NCBI GenBank assembly: GCA_964036045.1
Contig: OZ038378.1
Coordinates: 187,984,001-188,048,000 of the forward strand
DNA: 64,000 bases
Reading direction: 5' to 3'
DNA from: Eutreptiella sp. 'Long Island Sound 2002'
Taxonomy: Eukaryota; Protista; Euglenida
Every line of letters starts with the position of its first letter. Position 1 is the first letter of the stretch. Below, one piece after another: positions 12,403 through 22,049 of this stretch. The translations under genes and the position numbers were made by a program. The notes beneath the pieces were generated by a model that was given only the letters and a program-made list of their open reading frames with translations, made no database searches and was not told the DNA's origin.

Positions 12403-12895
12403 AAACCAGGGTTGGCGCCGGGATGGAAACCCGAGGGGTCAACAATGCCTATGGCGGCTCTGGTTTGTTTCTGCGAAACAGCAATCTCTCTTTGCGGCAC
12501 TGATGCCGTGAAGTTAAGACTGCCCCTTAGCGCCCTGCATTGGCTATGCAAGAGCGAATTGTCAAGCCGTGTCGTCAGGTGAGTCTGGTATATGAGGTAC
12601 TGGTACCCCGGGGAAACAAAACAGGGTTGGCGCCGGGATGGAAACCCTGAGGGTCAACAATGCCTAAGGCGGCTCTGTTTTGTTTCAGTGAAACGCGGTC
12701 TTTTTTTTACGGTGCCACCGCCGTGAATCTAAGATCGCCCTGCATTGGCACTGTAGGTGCGACTTGTTTGCCCTGTCTTGTCTGGTGTGTGGTGATTGAT
12801 TGGGGTACTGGTACCCCCACAAAACAAACCAGGGTTGGCGCCGGGATGGAAACCCTGAGGGTCAACAATGCCTAAGGCGGCTCTGTTTTGTTTTT
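12403..12895. repeat. Three spaced copies of a ~65-bp repeat
   Basis: CAGGGTTGGCGCCGGGATGGAAACCC..AGGGTCAACAATGCCTA.GGCGGCTCTG near 12403, 12618 and 12826. Confidence 0.9.
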
Positions 12896-13125
12896 ACGAA
12901 ACTCTTTCTTGTCATGGGGTAAACAAAACGCGACCACAGGGTTGGCTTGCCAGGCTGTGCGCGCAACATACCCCCCTTGCGCAAGCACGCTGAAAGTTAG
13001 CAAAACGACGGTAACACAGGCTCATGTGCTTAGACGAGGCCGTGCTTGCGCGCGACGCGCGGTACCAAAAGAAGGTATGTCACCGGAAACCTGCCCATAC
13101 CTCACCCTAAGCACAATTGTCGCCA

Positions 13126-13211
13126 CAGGGCACTACAACACAATGTGCAGGCAAATTTCAGCGAGTTCTGGAGGTCCTCACTGCCCATCAGGGCCATCAG
13201 GAGCTGTGGAA
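13126..13211. repeat. Diverged dispersed repeat, inverted partner at 50456-50541
   Basis: CAGGGCACTACAACACAA...GTCCTCA.TGCCC.TCA..GCCATCA.GAGC is shared with the reverse complement of 50456-50541. Confidence 0.65.
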
Positions 13212-13734
13212 TAGAAGCCCTTTCCCACCTTGCGCCTCATCTTGAACAATTGCACATGCTTGCTAACAGCTATGCCAGGTGTAGCAACATGAGCCATGGC
13301 TGAAAATCACATTAACAGGGACATCATTGGGTTGCAATTGCAAGCAGAATGTTGGTATGAGCACGAAGAACTACCACAAGCATGATCAAGCCCCCCTTTT
13401 CCCTCTACAAGCGAAGCACAATCGCATAATGTTACATTTCCGACCATAAAAACCGTGGTCAGAAAATTCCACCAAAACGACGGTAACACGTGCTCATGTG
13501 CTAAGACAAGGCAGTGCTTGCGCAAGGGGGGGGGGGGGGTAGGAGTCAGAACCCCTTGGGCTCTGGACTAGGGGTCCTAACCAAGGGTCTTGTCCCCAAG
13601 GCGTGTTGGTGCTTGTCTGTGCTATGGACTGCAATCGCACACTGCAACTTATCCAGATTTGTATGCCTATGTAGGAATGGACTGCAATCCCAGAGTCCAT
13701 TTTTGGAGGGAAAACAGGCGGATACAAGTGCAAT

Positions 13735-13945
13735 TCTTCACCCCCCACTATCTCTGTAGGTCCCCCTGCGAGGGGGGACCTTGTCAAATTTCCTTCACCC
13801 CCCACTATCTCTGCAGGTCCCCCTACGGGGGGGACCTTGTTAGGGAGTTACAGGTGAAATTCTTTACTCCCCACTGTCTAGGTAGTTACAGGTGAAATTC
13901 TTCACTCCCCACTGTCTGTGCAAGTCCCCCTGCGAGGGGGGACCC
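13735..13945. repeat. ~55-bp repeat units carrying a GC hairpin
   Basis: GTCCCCC-TGCGA/TACGG-GGGGGGAC stems at 13758, 13815 and 13924. Confidence 0.8.
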
Positions 13946-14920
13946 TATCAGGCAGTTACAGGTCAACATACCCCTTAAGCCCCTCCCCCTTGCTCTCGAC
14001 CCCTTCCCCGACCTCCGGTGCCTTTGGCACCAGCCATTCCCAATCAAGGAAACAAACAAAAGTCTGTTAAACACAAGGGGGCCACTGGCAACACCGCTTT
14101 CGCAAATTTTATTTTTTCTTTTTTGGGGACTGTCTCTTTCAATGTTAAACCGGTGCAGTCTGATGGCTAGGTGCCTGGGCAGGCAGGTTTCACCTTCTTG
14201 CCCTACAGGGGGGGGAGGAGAGGACGCCCAGGCACCCAAGGGGTCCAAGAGAGCATGGTGGGATATAAAAATAAAAACCTGTAAGTTCCTCTCCTGCCCT
14301 CCCCGCCAGGGCCACCCCCGCCTTGTTTGCCCCCAGCCTTCGGGTTCCACACATTCAGTGACTTTAACGAGTCAGGATGTTGAAGACTTTAAAATTTTTT
14401 GTGGTGTGTATGTGTTAGGATTCACATGGTTCATTACTCAGGAATTGCACGCAGCCCCTCCTGTTTTGCACTCTTTTGTGACGGCTTTGTAAAGGAATTC
14501 GTTAGGGAAAACCTCAGCATAGGCCACAGAGGACAGACTCATTGACCTGCAGCACTGTCGAAACCCCCTCTCCCCTGCGGTGTTGTGTTGTGACGTTGTG
14601 CCAACGTGTGTTCTGCAGAGTTCCAAATTTGTGTGTTGCATGTCAGCATGTATTAGCAAGAAGTATTGACAAGAAGGGTGAAAGGAAGGAAGAGAATACT
14701 TCCAGCAAAGTACATGGATGCAAGCAGTTGTAAAGAAGAGATTAGAACAGGAGAAGGGAACAACACCACATAATAGAATGGGATGTTGCTGATGTGAAAG
14801 TGGACACGGCAGAAGTCATGGTGCAGCCACTGTTGCTGTGCACCCTGCTACAGGGTGCACTTGTGTTGCTTTGTGACGATGTTGTACACTCTTGCCTTTC
14901 ATAGTAAACTACTACATTGA

Positions 14921-15277
14921 TTGTGCCATGCTTGTTATCCTGTACAGGAGCACTATATGTCTGCATTTTAGCGTTGTGAGGGCTGCTTGTGGCCTTTGGA
15001 TGCTGCAGGCTGGTACACAAAGGGGCGATGGCACTGTGCTCCTTGTGGTTGCCCGTTCAAGAATGATGGATCTTGCCCCCGTTGCAACCAAGTAGTGTGG
15101 GACAACAATTTACAATACTACGTTCCACTCTTGCAAGACACACAGGAAGACATGGTGGCGGCAAACGTGTTGGACTCTGGGTTCGACAGTGGGTGGGATG
15201 CCCCATCTCTACAATGGTCACCGACACCACCACCTTCGTTCCGGGAGTTTGAGTCTTCCTCGGACTCCGATTTTTGA
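14921..15277 (+). other. Cys-rich reading frame (CHAC, CEGC, CAPC, CPRC); possible 5' exon/CxC domain of the KDZ transposase or an accessory zinc-ribbon ORF
   Basis: Four CxxC pairs in one frame, with a single TAG at 14969-14971 that also reads as an acceptor (TTTTAG|). Confidence 0.4.
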
Positions 15278-15726
15278 GAGGGTCCTGAATGCCGTTTCCA
15301 TGAAGACTGGCACACGGTGTTTTTCAACACCACTGATTGCCCCATTTGGTGGGGCCATTTGAAATTGTGCTGTGTGTCTTTTCGTAGTTGTTGCACAGGC
15401 AATTGATTGACGTTTGGAGGCCTAGGTACTCTACCCCCCCCCCCCCGGGGGGGTCTGCGTGCTATTTTTTGGGATTTTGGGTGCCCTCCGGTAACCCCCC
15501 CCCCCCGTGTTCGGGGCAAAAATTTACCACTGTACGGGCCACTGTGCGGGGCGGACCTTTTTTGGTAGAAAACCCTCAGCAGGGCATTGTGTGGTGACCC
15601 CAATCACCAAAATATGTTCAGAATCTATACCACCAATAAGCCAGATGTCAGCAGAGACATGTCATACCTGAGTTGGTATATGCATGTGCTCACAGCTGAG
15701 GGGTCATGGGTTCAATACCCACATCC

Positions 15727-15937
15727 GGCACCTTTTTTGGCGCTTTTTCTGGCGCTTTTTCTGGCGCTTCTGGCGCTTTTTCTGGAGCTTCTGGCGCTTT
15801 CTCTGGCGTTTTTTCAGTATTACAAGTGCACATGACATGCATTGGACACAATCACAAACAACCCGGAACCTTTTCTGACGCTGTTTTCTGCGCTTCTGGC
15901 GCTTTTTCTGGCACTTCGGGCGCTTTTGTGGCGCTTT
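15727..15937. repeat. Degenerate (TTTTCTGGCGC)n tandem repeat, two blocks, just upstream of the transposase ORF
   Basis: Read directly from the sequence; the first block ends in TTTTTTCAG (possible acceptor). Confidence 0.85.
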
Positions 15938-15944
15938 TACGGCA

Positions 15945-18638
15945 TTGTACGGCTACGACACAGTAACAGTGGGTGAGGGTGAGGACGAGGAGGTGTACAG
16001 GTTGTCACTTCCGAGAGATCACATTGTAGTGGCACGCAATGTGTTTGGCCGCCCATATGTCCATGCGTTACAGCAGCGCATAGTATTGCAGTTTGCAAGC
16101 TTCAAGGCAGAGGGTGGTGTCAAGGAAGTACCGCGCACCAAACTCCAAGAGGTTGTTTTCTTGGATTGGTGCATGCCGTACTACCGTGAGGCGCGAGGGC
16201 AGGCCCTTTTTAGGTGCCCAGATTTGCACACTGTTGTCTCAGAGGTGACAGGGTTCCTTCGTCTCAATGGCTTGCCCAGTAAACATCATCAGTGCTCTGC
16301 ATGTGAGCCCGCTCATCTCAATCACATTCGCGGTATGCCAACGGTACGCCCAAACATAAAACGACATACAGCAGAGGTATATGATAGGTGTGTCGTCGTG
16401 GATTGCATTTCAAAGGTGTGCAGACGGGTTTGCATGTACTGTATTCGGCAGAATAAGCGTGACCCGACAACTGGCCTGCACATACAAGCACAGTGTCGCA
16501 AAGCACCCGTGCCTAGTACGTGCTTCTGTAAAGAACATTCCACCCCTGGGCACGTGGTGTACACACAGGTGCTTGAAGGTGATGATGGCAGTGATGTCAT
16601 GGAGGCATTGCCAGAGGCTTCATCAGGGGACTCTGAGCATGAAACTACAGATGCCTATAGTACTGCACAGGAGGAGGAAACTGCTGTGTCACGGAGTGCG
16701 CAGCCCACATTGGACACAGAATACACATCTATGCTCCATGAAATTGCTCTTTTTCAGGCTACAGGTGCCACCTGCACTCCAAGCGCAACAACAACGCAAC
16801 GGTCACGGCAACAGCCACCACACACGGCAGCAGGGCGGGGGCGGGGAAAGGGTGGTCACCAAGTGGGTGCAAAGCAAAAAATGCGCCGCAAGACAGTGTG
16901 GTCCGTTTTTGCTCAAGGATGCAAAAAGAAGGTTGTCGTTTTCACTGGGTTCACCAATGGTTTGATGACAGTGTCTCGCCCTTGTACAGTTGTTGTGCAT
17001 TTCGACGAGATGGTGGGAGCTGAGGGGTCCCACCAAATTTTGTACAATTTGTGGTCTATCGTGACCCGCCACAGAACAGGCGGAATTTCTTTTGATTGGA
17101 TTTTGTTTGATTATGCATGCAGGCTTTCGCAAACATCTGCCAAATACAACGTGCTGTCTGATGTGCAGTGCGTGTTGGACCGATTTCATGGTACCGTGCA
17201 TAAATGTCAAGGGTACGGGATGTCACAATTCCCAGAGTTGTCGCGCGTGAACAGCTCAGCGGCTGAACAAGGCAACAGTACGACAGGTCGCTATAGGTTT
17301 GCTGCTAACCACAGGGACGCGGACACTTTTTATTTTTACATGGCCAACTGCTTGGAGGGCCGCAACAGGTACATCATTGGTGGCCATAAGGCATCTGCTA
17401 TAACCGCGTTGGGAGGTTTGCAACTAGTCGAAGGAGTACATGATGATGAAGACCCAACGTCGTGGGTCGTAGATGTTGCACCACTTGCAGGCTCTGGCCA
17501 ATTTTGCACTTTTGTGGCCCGCCTAGCCAAATTGTACCACCTTCGAGCTACGTGGGCTGCAGACCCGTCTTATGTCCCCTTTAATCCCTTCTCCGCTTTT
17601 GCTCATAGGGACAGTGTGAGGAATGTGCCAGCCCTCAATCCGCATACCCATGGTTCTGCGCGTAGTACTTCCAGTATCGTGGCGCGGACACCTGCCGCAT
17701 CTGCTGCATCTACCGTTTGCACAACTGCAACATTTGGTAGCCCTGCAGTGACTACATCCAGTGCTACTGCACCATCTGCTGCACGTGTGGTGAATCCCAC
17801 CTCTGTGCCCATGGAGACCATTTCTGTCAGTAGCGATGATGATATTTCGACAGCCCCAGTGCAGGACCCTGCAGTCCTAGGATTGTTGAAGACTGAGCCT
17901 GGTGACAATGTCCCTCCTTCCCTGGGCACAGGTGCTTCCGCTGACGTGCTGCAGGACCCCTTTTCCACTGCACAGGACGTGTCTACATCCCCCCCTGTTG
18001 ATCCCTATGCACGCAGCCCAAGGTTGTCTCCCCATGCATCATTGGATGACATTTCTTTTGGTGAGGATGATGCTTTGATGGCTGCAATGGAGGACACAGA
18101 CCCAGAGGTCCTTCGTCATTTCCTTCGGCATAACTACACTCTACTTGGAGATGTGGACCGGGGTCATTTCACAAGAACACAGCAGCCTATTCCTCTACAA
18201 TCCGGTGTATGGGACTACGCGGCCCAGCCTGAAGCATTTCGGGCCCTCTTGGCCCCACCCTTTGGCATGCAACAAGTACACAGTAAGCCCAACATGCTCC
18301 AATTGCTGCAGAAGGTGAAAGGGAAACAACTTTTTTCTGTGCGCAGACTATGGTCCACCCTATTTGCAAATAGGAAGCACCCCCCCTCCATGTCACAATT
18401 CAAGGCCATGCTTGTCCATATCCACCAGGCACATTTGGTACTGCTTGTGATCGTGGGTGCCAGGGCCAGATCATGCGCATGTCTCATGCTGCCTGCCCCC
18501 TGCCCTGCCCCTGCTATTCTTGTTCAGAACAACATTACGGTGGAGGAGTGGGATGCACGTTGCTCTGCGGATTGCTTGTACTCCGTGGCATTTGACCAAA
18601 GTTCAGTGCCTAAGCCACCACCTCGGAGGCGGCGGTAA
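15945..18638 (+). CDS. KDZ-family transposase (897-codon ORF; true start uncertain, probably spliced)
   Basis: Candidate catalytic D (VVVDC, 16401), FDYACRL (17106), LDRFHGTVHKC, and VNSSAAEQGNS (E at 17265), plus TNGLMTVSRPC and a CxxC...CxCxxH finger. This is the motif series typical of KDZ transposases. C-terminal PPPRRRR is a candidate NLS. The track start is TTG, not ATG. Confidence 0.85.
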   Translation: MYGYDTVTVGEGEDEEVYRLSLPRDHIVVARNVFGRPYVHALQQRIVLQFASFKAEGGVKEVPRTKLQEVVFLDWCMPYYREARGQALFRCPDLHTVVSEVTGFLRLNGLPSKHHQCSACEPAHLNHIRGMPTVRPNIKRHTAEVYDRCVVVDCISKVCRRVCMYCIRQNKRDPTTGLHIQAQCRKAPVPSTCFCKEHSTPGHVVYTQVLEGDDGSDVMEALPEASSGDSEHETTDAYSTAQEEETAVSRSAQPTLDTEYTSMLHEIALFQATGATCTPSATTTQRSRQQPPHTAAGRGRGKGGHQVGAKQKMRRKTVWSVFAQGCKKKVVVFTGFTNGLMTVSRPCTVVVHFDEMVGAEGSHQILYNLWSIVTRHRTGGISFDWILFDYACRLSQTSAKYNVLSDVQCVLDRFHGTVHKCQGYGMSQFPELSRVNSSAAEQGNSTTGRYRFAANHRDADTFYFYMANCLEGRNRYIIGGHKASAITALGGLQLVEGVHDDEDPTSWVVDVAPLAGSGQFCTFVARLAKLYHLRATWAADPSYVPFNPFSAFAHRDSVRNVPALNPHTHGSARSTSSIVARTPAASAASTVCTTATFGSPAVTTSSATAPSAARVVNPTSVPMETISVSSDDDISTAPVQDPAVLGLLKTEPGDNVPPSLGTGASADVLQDPFSTAQDVSTSPPVDPYARSPRLSPHASLDDISFGEDDALMAAMEDTDPEVLRHFLRHNYTLLGDVDRGHFTRTQQPIPLQSGVWDYAAQPEAFRALLAPPFGMQQVHSKPNMLQLLQKVKGKQLFSVRRLWSTLFANRKHPPSMSQFKAMLVHIHQAHLVLLVIVGARARSCACLMLPAPCPAPAILVQNNITVEEWDARCSADCLYSVAFDQSSVPKPPPRRRR

Positions 18639-18763
18639 ATGAACCATGCCAACTTGGCAGCCCCGAAGCAATGGCAGAACATTTGGCATGGACCGGATTT
18701 CTGTTCGTCAGTGGTGCTTTGCTGCCTTTTTGTGTCTCACACATTAGGGACAGGATGCTTGAT

Positions 18764-19300
18764 TGCCATATGCATCTATGCCCAAACTGCTGTGTTGTTA
18801 CTCCAAAATGATTTGTTGCAAAATGGGTGCAGAATTCAACAACAACACCCAGCTCTAACAATTGGGCCTAGGGGTCTCCCACCTCAGTACCCTACAGGGC
18901 AATCGAGGCTTAACCTCTGAAATCGGATGATACCACGGGACATCCTCAGAGTATGGCTGCTTCTGCCATCAGAAGGGAGACGATGCTTCAGTGCCATATG
19001 CATCTATGCCCAAACTGCTTGGTTGTTACTCCCTGCAAAATGGGTGCAGAATTAAACAACAACACCCAGCTTCAACAATTGGGCCTGGGGGCCTCCCACC
19101 TCAGTACCCCATAGGACAAACGAGGCTTAACCCCTGAAATCGGATGGTACCCGGGACATACTCAGAGTATGCCTGCTACTGCCACCATAAGGGAGACGAT
19201 GCTTCAGTGCCATATGCATCTATGCCCAAACTGCTTGGTTGTTACCCCAAATGATTGGTTGAAAAATGGGTGCAGAATCAAACAACAACACCCACCTGCA
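18764..19300. repeat. ~220-bp tandem repeat, about 2.4 copies
   Basis: TGCCATATGCATCTATGCCCAAACTGCT starts at 18764, 18992 and 19208. Confidence 0.9.
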
Positions 19301-19542
19301 ATTGTATTGGGTGGGGTCGGGGGGGGGGGGGGGGGCTCCCAAGGGACTAGTACACAACCGGCTTATGTAGTTTCTCACCCTATACAGGTGAAAAAACGAA
19401 ATTTCCGAAACTGATTTTTTTGATATCCCGGCCACTCACAATGACCATCCAAGCTGTGTAAAGCATGTTTTGAGTAGCATTTAGGTGTTTTCCACCCTAT
19501 TTGGGTATTGAGTGTGTTTTGGGGGGCATCCCATCTACAGTT

Positions 19543-19863
19543 TGTAGACACTGTCTGCCCCAAGTGTCTGCCCCAAGTAGACGCGGCCTGCTAATTGTAG
19601 ACACCGTGGGCATGTTGTAGACGCGAAGTGCCAATATTAGGGAAGGGGGCCGAAGGCCCCCTTCCCCACCAAACGGTCCGCTGGCAGCGTTCACCCGCAC
19701 ACACAGGCATGGTGTTCTGGTCTGTAGACACTGCCTGCCCCAAGTAAACGCGGCCTGCTAATTGTAGACACCGTGGGCATGTTGTAGACGCGAAGTGCCA
19801 ATATTAGGGTAGGGGCCGAAGGCCCTCTTCCCCACCAAACGGTCCGCTGGCAGCGTTCACCCG
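19543..19863. repeat. 180-bp tandem repeat, 2 copies
   Basis: TGTAGACACTG.CTGCCCCAAGT...GGTCCGCTGGCAGCGTTCACCCG at 19543 and 19723. Confidence 0.9.
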
Positions 19864-19977
19864 GCGCAGGTAGGGTGTTCGGTAGTTTGTGGTTTGTTTC
19901 CTACATTTGTATTATGTCCTGATCTTGTCCACTCCATCAGCTTTTTGAATGAAAAAAAACTGCACCTGTACTTACTC

Positions 19978-20298
19978 TAAGACACCCCGTTCTTATTAAT
20001 ATAAGAGGCCCCGTCTTAGATAATCTAAGACGCCCCGTCTTAGATTTTCTAAGACGCCCCGTCTTAGGTTTCTAAGACGCCCCGTCTTAGATCATCTAAG
20101 ATGCCCCGTCTTAGATTATCTAAGACGCCCCGTCTTAGATTTTCTAAGACGCCCCGTCTTAGATTTTCTAAGACGCCCCGTCTTACATAATCTAAGACGG
20201 ATGTAAGACGCATGTAAGACGCATGTAAGACGGATGTAAGACGGATGTAAGACGGATGTAAGACGCCTCCGAATCTAAGACACCCCGTCTTACAACAG
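19978..20298. repeat. Right subterminal array plus TIR of the KDZ element
   Basis: Repeated TAAGACGCCCCGTCTTAGATTTTC units, then GTAAGACG[C/G]AT units, ending TAAGACACCCCGTCTTACAACAG. Confidence 0.95.
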
Positions 20299-20401
20299 CT
20301 CTTGATCAGGATTTGGTGTTCTGTCGTACTCCGTAGGGATGGTTTTGGGGTTGATTTCGCTGGTGGGGTCGCAGGGTTTTATTCTAGTTCCTCGCCAAAT
20401 G

Positions 20402-20417
20402 TTTTTTTTTTTTGCAG
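20402..20417 (+). promoter_or_regulatory. Splice acceptor (T12-GCAG) upstream of the second exonuclease copy
   Basis: Same as 7368-7382 with one extra T. Confidence 0.6.
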
Positions 20418-20420
20418 GAC

Positions 20421-22049
20421 ATGGCAGTCCGCTACTGGAACTTAGTGCTCCTTCTGTTTGCTGTGACCTCCAGTGGCCATGCACCCGTGCGGCTGGATCC
20501 TGCCACCAACGTTTTGCATGGCAAGTTGGAGGTGCGGTGCACAGTGTCGGACTGCCCGAGGATGGCACAAATGCATGGGACCAAAGCGGTCACGGCGCAG
20601 CGCCGAACGCTGGTTCGGGGGAGCTTTTGGGCGGACCCATTGCGCTCTGCAGTGCACGCACACCCAATCCCCAAGGCCCAACGAACACTTCCGTCACCGA
20701 TACATTCGATCGCTGTTCTGCTGGATTGGCTGCTGCTTGTGGCTGGTCTGAGCGTCGTTGCTTTGCTGGCACGCCGCCTTCGGAGGCGGCGTGCTGTGGA
20801 GGCCGACGGCATGGCTTTCTATTGTGACGTTGAGGCCGAGCAGGGGCTCCTTGCCCTCGACGCCAGCCCGATTGCCCTTTTTGCTGCCTCTGGAAACCCG
20901 TCGCCTGATGCACATGGCAAAGGCAAGGGGCAGGGCAAGGGGCAGGGCAAGGGGCGGGGCAAGGGGCGGGGCAAGGGGCAGGGCAAGGGCAGGCGGAAGG
21001 GGCAGGGGCAGGGAAGAGGCGGCCGTGGCGTGGCTGTGGAGAAGAAGGTGGACGGGCCCATTTCCTCTGGAGCCCTCAGAACCCTCAACAGAGAGATCAC
21101 GGCGGTGCAGGGCTTCTTTCACAACTACTTCCCGGTCCGCAAGGGAGGGTTCCCCATGACGTCCGGCAACCGGGACGACCGCAGTCAAGTCCTCGCTCTC
21201 GATATCGAGACGTTGCGCGTGGAGGGCAATGACCGCTGCCCGTCCCGTGTGTCGCTGGTGTCGTTGACAGGAGGCGTGCTTCTGGATGAGTTCGTGCAGC
21301 CCCCGGCCCCGGTCGTGCAGTACGGGCTGCTCAGTGGCATCACAGAGGAGCAGGTCATGGGGGCCGAGCTGACGCTGGTGGAGGTGCAGGAGAGGGTGCG
21401 GCAGCTGGTGAGCAGGGACGATTGGCTGGTGGGCCACGCGCTCCACTGGGACCTGCAGTACATCGAACTCCAGCACCCCATCAAGAAGGTCATCGACACG
21501 GACCACCTCTTCCGCCTCCCGTCCATCCCGGGCCGCTCCTTCCCGCTGAGGGACGTCCACGAGACTGTGCTGGGGCAGTCCATCGACGCGCACGACAGCG
21601 TGTGTGACGCCGAGGCGTGTCTGGCATTGCTCTTGGATGTGGCCGACAAGCAGTCGGCTGGTGCCCGAGGCCCTTGGCTGCCGAACCTGCCTCCCGTGGC
21701 CGGCCGCACGCTCTACGTCGGGGGGATTCCGCTGGGCGCCGAGGCTGACGTCGTTACGTCCCTGCTCCCAGCGGACGTGCCGTTCCGGTTGCTATATCCT
21801 GGGCTGCCCCCGGATGTCGAAAGTGACCTCGATCCCCTCCGCTTTGATCCGGGGAAGCAGAAGGGCAGGACACGGGTTCTCTTCCAGTGCCGGGAGCATG
21901 CGTGGCGAGCCTTCAAACAGCTCCCGGAGGGAGATGGCCTGTCTTACAGTCCGTTCTCTGGCGACTGCAGCCGCTCCATCCCGCTGGGCTCGGACCCGGA
22001 CAACTTGCTGAGGTTCACAATCATAAGCCTGCACCCCCCAAAGTTGTAG
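20421..22049 (+). CDS. Second copy of the DEDDh-RRM exonuclease, 542 aa
   Basis: Identical to copy 1 except D422N, A511P and V529L. Confidence 0.88.
   Translation: MAVRYWNLVLLLFAVTSSGHAPVRLDPATNVLHGKLEVRCTVSDCPRMAQMHGTKAVTAQRRTLVRGSFWADPLRSAVHAHPIPKAQRTLPSPIHSIAVLLDWLLLVAGLSVVALLARRLRRRRAVEADGMAFYCDVEAEQGLLALDASPIALFAASGNPSPDAHGKGKGQGKGQGKGRGKGRGKGQGKGRRKGQGQGRGGRGVAVEKKVDGPISSGALRTLNREITAVQGFFHNYFPVRKGGFPMTSGNRDDRSQVLALDIETLRVEGNDRCPSRVSLVSLTGGVLLDEFVQPPAPVVQYGLLSGITEEQVMGAELTLVEVQERVRQLVSRDDWLVGHALHWDLQYIELQHPIKKVIDTDHLFRLPSIPGRSFPLRDVHETVLGQSIDAHDSVCDAEACLALLLDVADKQSAGARGPWLPNLPPVAGRTLYVGGIPLGAEADVVTSLLPADVPFRLLYPGLPPDVESDLDPLRFDPGKQKGRTRVLFQCREHAWRAFKQLPEGDGLSYSPFSGDCSRSIPLGSDPDNLLRFTIISLHPPKL

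Larger units (their letters stand above)
10655..20298 (+). mobile_element. KDZ (Kyakuja-Dileera-Zisupton)-family DNA transposon, ~9.6 kb
   Basis: 23-bp TIRs CTGTTGTAAGACGGGG(C/T)GTCTTA at 10655 and (inverted) ending at 20298. Subterminal TAAGAC arrays at both ends and an internal KDZ transposase ORF. No flanking TSD found. Confidence 0.85.

Noticed and set aside
19978-20298. CRISPR-like array of palindromic 24-bp repeats
   Set aside because: There are no unique spacers and no cas genes, the context is eukaryotic, and the arrays are the subterminal repeats of the TIR element.
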